Part shown: positions 1 through 8,132 of the stretch, piece after piece
How the letters are laid out: the number at the start of each line of letters is the position of its first letter
How positions within the stretch are numbered: the first letter of the stretch is position 1
Notes under the pieces: generated by a model
What the model saw: only the letters and a program-made list of their open reading frames with translations
What the model was told of the DNA's origin: nothing
Databases searched by the model: none
Virus record (IMG/VR): IMGVR_UViG_3300043443_000305
Coordinates: 1-31,443 of that record
Strand: one strand, 5' to 3'
Length of the DNA stretch: 31,443 nt
From: a virus
Taxonomy: Duplodnaviria > Caudoviricetes
Program-made: the position numbers and the translations under genes

Positions 1-29
1 TATCTCAAGCCTATGATGGGGAAACTGTA

Positions 30-224
30 ATGAAGACGAAGAATGCTTTTGCCTTTGTCCTGTTTGCTGCAATCACTGCGGTGCTTGTCAGCCCGTTTGC
101 TACGATTTGGGCACTGAATACTCTGTTTGCTTTGGGCATTCAGTATAATGTTTGGACTTGGCTTGCAACGTTGTATCTAACCATTGCGCTTTTCGGCAAG
201 GTTTCTGCTAAGAGTGGTGATTGA
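30..224 (+). CDS. small hypothetical membrane protein (2 hydrophobic segments)
   Basis: 64-aa ORF, strongly hydrophobic (FAFVLFAAITAVLVSPFATIWAL; VWTWLATLYLTIALFG); next ATG follows 1 nt after the stop. Confidence 0.7.
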   Translation: MKTKNAFAFVLFAAITAVLVSPFATIWALNTLFALGIQYNVWTWLATLYLTIALFGKVSAKSGD

Positions 225-225
225 A

Positions 226-453
226 ATGCCTTATCAATGGGTTGAACATGATTTGGGTGATTACACCGACGAAGATTTGGTTGAAGAACTGGAACATCGT
301 CACTATAACTTCAAGAATCTTATAAAAGATGAAATAAAAGAAGACATTGATGCTGCTCTATTTGAGTTGGCTGATTGTAAGCGTTACAATCCTGAGAAGT
401 TTGATGCGATGTTTTCCCAGTTTGTTTGGGACACCATTGGAAAGAGTATCTGA
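226..453 (+). CDS. small acidic hypothetical protein
   Basis: ATG at 226 directly after the upstream TGA is a better start than 184; MPYQWVEHDLGDYTDEDLVEELEHR... Confidence 0.7.
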   Translation: MPYQWVEHDLGDYTDEDLVEELEHRHYNFKNLIKDEIKEDIDAALFELADCKRYNPEKFDAMFSQFVWDTIGKSI

Positions 454-455
454 AA

Positions 456-791
456 ATGTATCGTTGGTCTAAAAAGCGCAAGCCAAAGGGTGAAGTTGCT
501 CGCAAACTTGACACCCGAAAGTTGCGTGGCGTTGATGTAGTGTTCGGCAGTAACCGCGCACTGCGTCCTGGTTCTGACGTTGCGTTGAGCATCCAGTCTC
601 ACGTGACATCAACGCAGTTTCTTCCCACGCGCAACAGCGTGATGGATGCGGCTCAACTTGCCAAGGAAGCACCTGAAGTGCGTGATGCCATCATTGCCAA
701 GAGCAAGCGACTGGCTCCTGCGTATTCGAAGGGCGCAGTCCAGTATGTTACTGATGATGCTGATGTACAGTCACTGGGGAGAAAGCGGTGA
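456..791 (+). CDS. conserved phage hypothetical protein (C-terminal APAYxKGAxQY motif)
   Basis: ATG at 456 follows the upstream stop; basic N-terminus and a KRLAPAYSKGAVQYVTD...LGRK C-terminus that I recall from myovirus hypothetical proteins (not searched). Confidence 0.7.
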   Translation: MYRWSKKRKPKGEVARKLDTRKLRGVDVVFGSNRALRPGSDVALSIQSHVTSTQFLPTRNSVMDAAQLAKEAPEVRDAIIAKSKRLAPAYSKGAVQYVTDDADVQSLGRKR

Positions 792-976
792 ACGATTATC
801 AAGACTTGATTGACCAGTTCAAAACTGAGGTGGATGACCGTGCAGAAGAAGTTGACCCAGATATGGAATGCTACTGGCAAGACCTAACTATTGGCTGGGC
901 AATCGGCAAGGGGTTATCACCCAAAGACGCTAGAGATTTTGCAAGGTATGTTCGATATCATACGGAGTTAGCGTGA
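788..976 (+). CDS. hypothetical protein
   Basis: 62-aa ORF, GTGA overlaps with both neighbours. Confidence 0.65.
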   Translation: MNDYQDLIDQFKTEVDDRAEEVDPDMECYWQDLTIGWAIGKGLSPKDARDFARYVRYHTELA

Positions 977-1179
977 ACGAACGAATTAGAGAACTTGCCA
1001 AGCAGGCAGGTGCAGGTGAGTGGGGAGACAGTATAGTTCCAGCAATGATGGATGTTGAAAAATTCGCTGAGTTGCTTATTCAAGAGTGTTGTAATGCCGC
1101 CGATGATTGGTATCAAAATGCCAATGATATTCATTGGGATCCTGCTCAACATATTAGAAATCATTTTGGAGTTGAGTGA
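973..1179 (+). CDS. mini-protein family member 1 (MNERI..LA.QA / KFAEL..QEC / HFGVE)
   Basis: shares three conserved blocks with the ORFs at 1277, 1510 and 1740. Confidence 0.8.
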   Translation: MNERIRELAKQAGAGEWGDSIVPAMMDVEKFAELLIQECCNAADDWYQNANDIHWDPAQHIRNHFGVE

Positions 1180-1274
1180 TGCTCACCTTTATTGCTGGAT
1201 TGCTGATTGGCGTAATTGTATGTTTTGTATTTTTTATTCGTTGGGCAAATCGTAATCTAAAGTTGTGGTGGTAG
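1179..1274 (+). CDS. 31-aa single-pass membrane peptide (MLTFIAGLLIGVIVCFVFFIRWANRNLKLWW), absent from ORF track
   Basis: ATG overlaps the upstream TGA (TGATG); TAG at 1272-1274 ends 2 nt before the next ATG, so it fills the gap exactly; hydrophobic run followed by basic residues. Confidence 0.65.
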   Translation: MLTFIAGLLIGVIVCFVFFIRWANRNLKLWW

Positions 1275-1276
1275 CG

Positions 1277-1510
1277 ATGAACAAACATATCAAAAGGCTT
1301 GCTGAACAGGCTACTCGAGTTTTTGAACCTAACGACCCTGACTACAGGTATGAAACTTTTGACAAAAACAAGTTTGCCGAGTTGATTGTTCAAGAATGTC
1401 TTGACATCATTGCCCCATATCTGCTCAAGGATGAGGCACAGTACCGCGACCCAGGACGACCACGGCAGCATCCTATTCTTGAAATCAAAGACCATTTTGG
1501 AATCAAGTGA
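1277..1510 (+). CDS. mini-protein family member 2
   Basis: MNKHIKRLAEQA...KFAELIVQEC...IKDHFGIK; start placed at 1277 by alignment with paralogs. Confidence 0.8.
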   Translation: MNKHIKRLAEQATRVFEPNDPDYRYETFDKNKFAELIVQECLDIIAPYLLKDEAQYRDPGRPRQHPILEIKDHFGIK

Positions 1511-1747
1511 TGAACGACAAGATTAAGGCACTGATTGCGCCGCACATGATGCACGAGCGTTTTTCTCGATACGGGGAAAGCACTGAAGAGGACTATTATG
1601 AGTTCTATCCTGATGAACTGGAACAGTTTATCAAGGCAATTGTGCAGGAATGTGCAGATATAATTACATCTCAGGATGTTGACCCTGCCTTCAAGAATCG
1701 TATGGCATGGGCAATCAAAGAACATTTTGGAATGAAGTGATGAACGA
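1483..1747 (+). repeat. 35-bp imperfect direct repeat spanning paralog junctions (1483-1517 and 1713-1747)
   Basis: aatcaaagaCcattttggaatCaagtgatgaacga vs aatcaaagaAcattttggaatGaagtgatgaacga, 33/35 identical. Confidence 0.9.
1510..1740 (+). CDS. mini-protein family member 3
   Basis: MNDKIKAL...QFIKAIVQEC...IKEHFGMK; TGATG coupling at both ends. Confidence 0.8.
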   Translation: MNDKIKALIAPHMMHERFSRYGESTEEDYYEFYPDELEQFIKAIVQECADIITSQDVDPAFKNRMAWAIKEHFGMK

Positions 1748-1976
1748 ACGAATTCTTAAACTGGCTAAACAGGCTGGCTTCCATTTGTATGATATGCACA
1801 ATGTCAATGGCGAAGACTTGGGCGAAACTATTGAAGCAGACAGCTGGGATGTTGCAGATAAGTTTGCCCAATTAATTGTTCAAGAAGTCTTATCTGTTCA
1901 AGAAAAACTCATTACTGAAGGGCATAATGCTTGGCATTTGCACGATCTTACCAAAGAACATTTTGGAGTTGAATAA
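1740..1976 (+). CDS. mini-protein family member 4
   Basis: MNERILKLAKQA...KFAQLIVQEV...TKEHFGVE; start 1740 by alignment and TGATG overlap. Confidence 0.8.
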   Translation: MNERILKLAKQAGFHLYDMHNVNGEDLGETIEADSWDVADKFAQLIVQEVLSVQEKLITEGHNAWHLHDLTKEHFGVE

Positions 1977-2203
1977 TGAAAACATTTGATACATTTGAAA
2001 CCGTTGATGGTATGCAGGGTTGCGTCAAGCGACCAATCGTTGTCCATGCTATGCGTATGGATGAAGAGTTTCGCGTCAATACCCTTGAAGGCAACTACAA
2101 GCAGGGCAAGGCTGGCGATTACCTTATGCGCGGTGTTGACGGAGAACTCTATATCTGTGATGGCGCAATCTTTGAAAAGACTTACGACTTTGTGAGTGGC
2201 TAA
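1976..2203 (+). CDS. conserved phage protein, PGDYG-like family
   Basis: KRPIVVHA...TLEG...GDYL.RGVDGELY.C...IF.KTY pattern typical of this small phage family. Confidence 0.7.
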   Translation: MKTFDTFETVDGMQGCVKRPIVVHAMRMDEEFRVNTLEGNYKQGKAGDYLMRGVDGELYICDGAIFEKTYDFVSG

Positions 2204-2205
2204 TC

Positions 2206-2442
2206 ATGGGAATGTTTGACTACGTTACTGTTGAACCTAAGCAATACTGTAGAAATTGCGGTGCTGAGTTGAATGATTGGCAGAGCAAAGATGGTGAATG
2301 TCGCCTAGACCGCATTCACTTCAGTTTCGTAAGAAATTTCTATACTGATTGCAATGTATGCCATCATTGGCATGAGTTCGTTCGCAAGCCAACAAAGTTT
2401 AGCATTGACGATTATGAACTGCTACCAAGTAAGGATGAATGA
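2206..2442 (+). CDS. putative zinc-ribbon protein
   Basis: MGMFDY start, CRNC...CNVC cysteine pairs. Confidence 0.65.
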   Translation: MGMFDYVTVEPKQYCRNCGAELNDWQSKDGECRLDRIHFSFVRNFYTDCNVCHHWHEFVRKPTKFSIDDYELLPSKDE

Positions 2443-2789
2443 TAATGAGCAAACTATCGGATGCAATTACTGCGACATTTACTGGTGAAACTGTACATAC
2501 AATGCAGTTTGTTGATATCGAGGCTTCCAGTATATCTATGCCGTCATATTCATCATTCCCAACTTCTTATGTTTATAACGTAGAAGCAAGATTTGGTATG
2601 AGTAAAGTTGTTGACAAACCGTCACACCTTACAGAATGTCAAAAAGATATCAGGCGAGCAGTTATAGAAGAAGTCTTTGGCGAGTTTCGTCCATATCTAT
2701 ACAATATGCGAGCGGCATTGTACGATAGAGATGACGGCAAGGTTCGCCGTTTACTAAATGAACTAGAAGAAAGGATGTTTGACGTATGA
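2439..2789 (+). CDS. hypothetical protein
   Basis: 116-aa ORF with ATGA overlaps on both sides (start may be 2445). Confidence 0.7.
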   Translation: MIMSKLSDAITATFTGETVHTMQFVDIEASSISMPSYSSFPTSYVYNVEARFGMSKVVDKPSHLTECQKDIRRAVIEEVFGEFRPYLYNMRAALYDRDDGKVRRLLNELEERMFDV

Positions 2790-2998
2790 ACGGAATAGAT
2801 ACACGAATTTATGAATTGGCAGAAAAGTGCCAGAGTTCTGATAAGTTTGATTACAGAAAATTCGCTGAGGAACTGCTCATCATGGCGGCAAACCAGATTG
2901 AAGTCTGGGACCACGGCGTGTTTCCGAATGACCATAATGGCTTGCGACTGCTACAGACCTTTGGCATTCCCTACAAGGTTGTGCGAGGTGATGTATGA
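2786..2998 (+). CDS. divergent mini-protein family member 5
   Basis: TRIYELAEKC...KFAEELL...LQTFGI matches the three-block scaffold loosely. Confidence 0.6.
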   Translation: MNGIDTRIYELAEKCQSSDKFDYRKFAEELLIMAANQIEVWDHGVFPNDHNGLRLLQTFGIPYKVVRGDV

Positions 2999-3237
2999 AA
3001 GTACGATTGATGAAGCGATACGTGAAAGATGTCGAAGACCCATATTATGAAGTGGACAAATGGATTCATCTGTTAGGACCAATCGGGTATTGGAGTACTC
3101 AGCTAAGAACGATGGATTACATGTATGCCATTGCTGTATACGAAGACTATAAGCACGATAGACGCGGCGGACCAGAACGCAAGGCAGAAGTGCTAGCAAT
3201 TCACTATGACGACCATCGTGGCGAATATTCACCTTGA
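2995..3237 (+). CDS. hypothetical protein
   Basis: 80-aa ORF, ATGA overlap with the upstream gene, last gene before an intergenic region. Confidence 0.65.
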   Translation: MKVRLMKRYVKDVEDPYYEVDKWIHLLGPIGYWSTQLRTMDYMYAIAVYEDYKHDRRGGPERKAEVLAIHYDDHRGEYSP

Positions 3238-3243
3238 CTGAAC

Positions 3244-3272
3244 TTGACTTTTTCATTCTAATCTTTTATACT
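3244..3272 (+). promoter_or_regulatory. sigma70-type promoter
   Basis: TTGACT (3244-3249), 17-nt spacer, TATACT (3267-3272) in intergenic DNA. Confidence 0.8.
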
Positions 3273-3281
3273 ATATCTTTC

Positions 3282-3322
3282 GTATGGTTAGTAGGTATCC
3301 TACTAACCATGCTTTTCTTTTT
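3282..3322 (+). terminator. intrinsic terminator-like hairpin
   Basis: gtatggttagtagg-tat-cctactaaccatgc (12 perfect pairs plus G-U and G-C) followed by ttttcttttt. Confidence 0.75.
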
Positions 3323-3333
3323 AGGACTATTGT

Positions 3334-4143
3334 ATGAAGTTACATTTACTAAGCGACCTCCATCTTGAGTTTGCTCCGATAGATTTGCCAGGCGGCGATG
3401 TACTTCTGCTTGCTGGCGATATTTTTGTTGCTAACCAGCTGCGCCCTGACTACACAATACACAGCGAAGAAGTCAAACGCTTCTTCAATGATGCGTGTGC
3501 CAAGTATAACAAGGTAATCTACATCACCGGCAACCACGAACACTATTCTGGCTATTATAACACCACACACGAAAACATTCGTAACTTTTTCCATAAGAAC
3601 GACTTGAAGGTTGTATTCTTGGAAAACAGTTGCTTTGAATTGAATGATGAATACATGTTGTTTGGTTCTACCTTCTGGACAGACTTTAACAATAATGATT
3701 TTTTTGCAGTAGATTCTGCCAAACGCGGAATGAATGACTTCCGTATGATTTCTTTTGAAAACGAAAACAAAACTGGAAGTCTATCGCCATTTGATACTAC
3801 TGAATTTAATTTGATGGCACGTGCGTCACTAAAGATGGCACTAGAGTTTTTTTCAACCAAGAAGTTTATTGTACTGACTCACCACCTGCCTGATATGCTC
3901 AGCGTTGATGCCAAGTATGGTAATGACCCGTTAAATTATGCCTATGCTAACACGGGTCTAAGAGAATTCATATTGGACAATCCCCGTATAAAGTACTGGC
4001 TGCATGGGCACACCCATACCAGCCGCGACTATATAATTGGAGATTGCCGAGTGATGTGCAATCCAAGAGGATACGCCAAACCGTATCGTCCTGAAGAATG
4101 CGAAAATGTTTTGTTTAACGTGAACCACACTATGGAGATTTAA
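3334..4143 (+). CDS. calcineurin-like metallophosphoesterase
   Basis: motifs SDLH, AGD, GNHE, THH, GHTH and NPRGY in canonical order; AGGA RBS upstream. Confidence 0.92.
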   Translation: MKLHLLSDLHLEFAPIDLPGGDVLLLAGDIFVANQLRPDYTIHSEEVKRFFNDACAKYNKVIYITGNHEHYSGYYNTTHENIRNFFHKNDLKVVFLENSCFELNDEYMLFGSTFWTDFNNNDFFAVDSAKRGMNDFRMISFENENKTGSLSPFDTTEFNLMARASLKMALEFFSTKKFIVLTHHLPDMLSVDAKYGNDPLNYAYANTGLREFILDNPRIKYWLHGHTHTSRDYIIGDCRVMCNPRGYAKPYRPEECENVLFNVNHTMEI

Positions 4144-4144
4144 T

Positions 4145-4351
4145 ATGCAACACTTTAATTTTACTATGCACGATGAAGTAGATCTTGACAGCGTTCTTCG
4201 GAATGCTCTTCCAAACAGCACTACAACTGTTAACGTCAGCGGGGAACTTACTCTAGATACCCTCTGCGACTATTTCACGCAGTTTGTTCGTGGCTGCGGA
4301 TATGTTCTCCCAGAGAACTCTAAGATTGGCGTAACTCACCAAGATTTCTAA
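4145..4351 (+). CDS. hypothetical protein
   Basis: 68-aa ORF with 1-nt gaps to both neighbours; F..F.RGCGY motif. Confidence 0.7.
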   Translation: MQHFNFTMHDEVDLDSVLRNALPNSTTTVNVSGELTLDTLCDYFTQFVRGCGYVLPENSKIGVTHQDF

Positions 4352-4352
4352 T

Positions 4353-5096
4353 ATGAAAGTAACCGTTATTACGGCTACTACAGGCAACCCGCTTCTGGCG
4401 GGTTGTTTGCGTTCTGTAGCACAACAAACGTATAAGAACGTGACACATCTTGTCGTCGGGGACGGTCCGGAGCATTGGGAAAAGATTGACTCTATTTTTA
4501 CGAATGCTGCGTTCCCTAATGGAACAAACCAGTTCTATGTAGAAATGCCTTATCCTATCGGTAAGGATCGTTGGAATGCTCACCGCATTTATCCCGCTGC
4601 TACTTATATGGTAGAGGGCGACTATGTTATGTATCTAGACGAAGACAACGTTCTAGAACCTAATCACATTGAGTCTCTAGTAAAATTGGTACAAGAAAAG
4701 AAACTTGATTGGGCATATTCTTTCCGTAAGATTATCGACAAGGAAGGAAACTATCTATGCCACGATGACTGTGAAAGTCTTGGTAAGTGGGCGTCAGTCC
4801 TAAGTCCGCAAGATTTTTTTATTGATGTCAACTGCTATTTTGTTCGCCGAGAAGTAGCAGTGGCTATCACGCCAGCATGGTATCGTAAGTTTCGTGAACC
4901 AGGACAACCAGAAGTTGATAGAGTGCTGGCGCATGTTCTTATGAACAACTTCAAGAACTTTGACACTACGCATGAATACTCTCTACTATATAGAGTAGGA
5001 AACACTCAGTACTCAGTCCAAAAAGAATTCTTTGACCGAGGAAATGCTGAGATGATGCGAAGATATAATGGTAACTTACCTTGGAAAAGTGCATGA
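4353..5096 (+). CDS. glycosyltransferase family 2 (GT-A fold)
   Basis: KVTVITAT, SVAQQTYKN, LVVGDG and YVMYLDEDN (DxD) motifs. Confidence 0.88.
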   Translation: MKVTVITATTGNPLLAGCLRSVAQQTYKNVTHLVVGDGPEHWEKIDSIFTNAAFPNGTNQFYVEMPYPIGKDRWNAHRIYPAATYMVEGDYVMYLDEDNVLEPNHIESLVKLVQEKKLDWAYSFRKIIDKEGNYLCHDDCESLGKWASVLSPQDFFIDVNCYFVRREVAVAITPAWYRKFREPGQPEVDRVLAHVLMNNFKNFDTTHEYSLLYRVGNTQYSVQKEFFDRGNAEMMRRYNGNLPWKSA

Positions 5097-6469
5097 GCAA
5101 ATTAGTAATTTTTGATTTAGACGGCGTCTTGATTGATAGTAGAGACATACATTATGATGCGTTAAATCAAGCACTTGCTAACGTCGGAAATGAGTACGTT
5201 ATTGGGCGAGAAGAACACCTAAGCACGTATGACGGGTTATCCACAACTCGCAAATTGAACATGCTCACCGAAAATAAAGGGTTGCCTGCGGATAAGCATA
5301 ATCAAATTTGGCAAGATAAACAAGCCGCGACGCTTGATATTTTTCAAAAATTACAAAAAGATGATAAACTAATTTCTTTTATGCGAAAGCTGAAAGAAAA
5401 CAACATTAGCATTGCGTGCGCAAGTAATAGCATTCGTAATACCGTAAAATTGGTCCTTCTAAAACTAGGGATACTAGAATTCGTAGATTACTTCGTGAGC
5501 AACGAAGATGTGAAGAGACCAAAACCATTTCCAGAAATGTATTGGCGGTGCATGGTAGAATTAAATGCTGTGCCAAAAAATACCGTAATATTTGAAGATA
5601 GCCATATCGGCAGAAAAGGGGCTATAGATAGTGGAGCGCACCTAATTCCCGTAGAAAACGTTAGTGACTTGACCGTAGACAAAATTAATAGTGCGATAGA
5701 TTACCTGAGCGTCGACAAATCTACTAGCGTGCCATGGAAATCAGAAAAGATGAATGTGCTAATACCTATGGCTGGTGCCGGCAGCAGATTTGCTAGTGCC
5801 GGATACACATTTCCTAAACCGTTAATTGAAGTCAACGGTAAGCCGATGATTCAGGTTGTAGTAGAGAATCTAAACATAGACGCCAACTATATTTTCTTGG
5901 TGCAAAAAGAGCACTACGAAAAATACAGTTTACAATATTTGTTAGGACTGATAACGCCAAACTGCAAGATTGTGCTAGTTGATGGATTAACAGAAGGTGC
6001 CGCATGTACGACTCTGCTCGCAGAAAACCTAATTGACAATGATACGCCGCTGCTAATAGCAAACAGCGACCAATTTATTGAATGGAATAGTAATGAATGC
6101 CTCTATGCGTTTCAAGCAGACCAGATAGATGCAGGTATCCTAACCTTCACCTCAACACACCCTAAGTGGTCATATGCGAAGTTAGACGAAAATGGGTTTG
6201 TTAGCGAAGTAGCAGAAAAGAAGCCAATCAGCGAAAACGCTACGGTCGGTGTCTATTATTGGAAAAAAGGTTCTGACTACGTTAAGTATGCTAAACAAAT
6301 GATTTCTAAAGATGTTAGAACCAATGGAGAATTTTACGTTTGCCCTGTGTTTAACGAGGCAATATTAGACCATAAAAAGGTTCGGGTAAAAAAGATTGAG
6401 AAGATGTGGGGCATAGGTACGCCCGAAGACCTTAATACTTTTATTGCTAATTATAAGGGAAAATACTGA
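5093..6469 (+). CDS. HAD-family phosphatase fused to a BcbE-like sugar-phosphate nucleotidyltransferase
   Basis: N-terminal FDLDGVL, SNS, KPFP, FEDS..G HAD motifs; C-terminal IPMAGAGSRF...PKPLIEV.GKPMI, EGAACT, NSDQ, AEK, NGEFYV.P, GIGTPEDL; start placed at ATG 5093 (ATGA overlap). Confidence 0.88.
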   Translation: MSKLVIFDLDGVLIDSRDIHYDALNQALANVGNEYVIGREEHLSTYDGLSTTRKLNMLTENKGLPADKHNQIWQDKQAATLDIFQKLQKDDKLISFMRKLKENNISIACASNSIRNTVKLVLLKLGILEFVDYFVSNEDVKRPKPFPEMYWRCMVELNAVPKNTVIFEDSHIGRKGAIDSGAHLIPVENVSDLTVDKINSAIDYLSVDKSTSVPWKSEKMNVLIPMAGAGSRFASAGYTFPKPLIEVNGKPMIQVVVENLNIDANYIFLVQKEHYEKYSLQYLLGLITPNCKIVLVDGLTEGAACTTLLAENLIDNDTPLLIANSDQFIEWNSNECLYAFQADQIDAGILTFTSTHPKWSYAKLDENGFVSEVAEKKPISENATVGVYYWKKGSDYVKYAKQMISKDVRTNGEFYVCPVFNEAILDHKKVRVKKIEKMWGIGTPEDLNTFIANYKGKY

Positions 6470-7191
6470 TGAATAATTCAAATCCTTGCATTGTTTCGTT
6501 TTTCATGGACAATGTTGATAGAAAAACGGTAGATCTACAACAACAAGTTATCGCCAAATACAATAAAAGTAAAGTTCCTGTATACGCGATTAAAATTAAT
6601 GTTCCGCATGCTGTTGGTATAGATTACTTTTGGGCAATGAATGGCGTTAAGACTTCTCTTTTTGCTCCACACAATGTGGAGCAAACGCTAGACCACGATT
6701 CTGTGCTGATACTGGACATTGATTGTATTCCGTTGCACGAAGATTCTATCGATTACTATCTAAATGCAGCGGCAGAAGGCAAGGTTATCGGTAACGCACA
6801 ACGCTCCAATCATATTGATAACGGTCAGCACATGTTTGCTGCGCCTTCGGCAGCTGCTATCTCTAAGCAAACTTTCATTGATATCGGTTCGCCATCCGCT
6901 ATTCCGACTGAGCGGTCAGACGTTATGGAAGAATATACTTGGGAAGCAGAAAACCTTGGAAAAAAAGTTGACCTTATCATGCCTTTACGTTATGATAGTT
7001 CACCGTTAAGATTTTCTTGGGAAAAAGAACAACCTCCTTATTGGGCGTTGGCAGAAGGTTATCCTCCGTATGGAGTTGGTACAACGTTTGGAACAGAAAG
7101 CAAAGAATTGTTTTGGCATAGTTTTCAAATCTTTCATCCTGGACAGCAAGAAAGATTTTGGGCTAAGTGCGAATCGCTCCTTAATTCGTAG
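6469..7191 (+). CDS. putative glycosyltransferase (GT-A-like)
   Basis: VLILDIDCIP DxD motif after a hydrophobic strand; lies inside the glycan cluster. Confidence 0.55.
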   Translation: MNNSNPCIVSFFMDNVDRKTVDLQQQVIAKYNKSKVPVYAIKINVPHAVGIDYFWAMNGVKTSLFAPHNVEQTLDHDSVLILDIDCIPLHEDSIDYYLNAAAEGKVIGNAQRSNHIDNGQHMFAAPSAAAISKQTFIDIGSPSAIPTERSDVMEEYTWEAENLGKKVDLIMPLRYDSSPLRFSWEKEQPPYWALAEGYPPYGVGTTFGTESKELFWHSFQIFHPGQQERFWAKCESLLNS

Positions 7192-7199
7192 TAGAAAAT

Positions 7200-8132
7200 A
7201 TGAATAAACCTACATTGCTTATTTCTAACTACCACCTAGATTTCACTGGTGGTGGTACATACGTTATGATGATACTCAACGTCCTAAAAAAGTATTACAC
7301 GCTGTATACAGATAAAGACGATATTGGGTACTACTATCATGAATCTACTCCGTTTAGATTCTCCATGCTTGATAAGATAGAGCAGGCACATCCAAATCAA
7401 ACGTTTGACGTGCACCTGCTTGCGCATTATCGCGGTTGGATTTCTCCTAGAGGGAAAACGAATGCGCAAATACTATACTATCCGATTGACAAAAAAATGG
7501 ATGGTTGGGATAATTTGTTTGTTCTAAATGAATTTTGCGATAAAGCAGCGTCAATCTTTCCAGGAAAAAAGCACATTATCACGCCATATTATGATGCTAG
7601 CAATTTCTGCATTGGTGAAAAAACCGTTGACCTTATCAACATCGGTAACTACTTTATCGAAGGAGACGGGCATTCGAAAAATCAGCATCTGTTTATTGAG
7701 TGGTTTAAAACGCAGCCTCAGTTTAACAAACTAATCTTTCATGGCACAATATGTAACCTTCAATACTATGAATACCTCAGGCATCTAGCATCAACTGAAC
7801 CAAGAATTGAAATTAATCACAGTGCGCCACGCTCTCAAATTCTACGCGATTTATCTGCGTCCAAGTATTTGGTTCATGGTATAGGATATGGGAGAACAAA
7901 TCCTGCAGAAACAGAGCACTTTGGTTTGGTGGCTTTAGAAGCGTTGTTATGCGGTTGTCAACCTATCGTGCATAAATCTGGCGGATGCCCGGATATTCCG
8001 GGTGTGCAATCATACACCAATTTCAATGAAATGATTTTCCGAAACACCGACCCGATACAACTAAGAAATTATGGTATGATGTTTAATCAGCAAAATACTG
8101 AACTAGAATTGAAGAAGGCACTAAATCTATGA
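7200..8132 (+). CDS. glycosyltransferase, GT4/GT-B type
   Basis: N-terminal TGGG loop, HSKNQ, and the EHFGLVALEA EX7E signature followed by G...I...SGG. Confidence 0.85.
   Translation: MNKPTLLISNYHLDFTGGGTYVMMILNVLKKYYTLYTDKDDIGYYYHESTPFRFSMLDKIEQAHPNQTFDVHLLAHYRGWISPRGKTNAQILYYPIDKKMDGWDNLFVLNEFCDKAASIFPGKKHIITPYYDASNFCIGEKTVDLINIGNYFIEGDGHSKNQHLFIEWFKTQPQFNKLIFHGTICNLQYYEYLRHLASTEPRIEINHSAPRSQILRDLSASKYLVHGIGYGRTNPAETEHFGLVALEALLCGCQPIVHKSGGCPDIPGVQSYTNFNEMIFRNTDPIQLRNYGMMFNQQNTELELKKALNL

Noticed and set aside
973-1976. Diversity-generating retroelement or CRISPR explanation for the repeat/variable pattern
   Set aside because: No reverse transcriptase in the window and no template/variable pair differing only at adenines; repeats are imperfect and protein-coding
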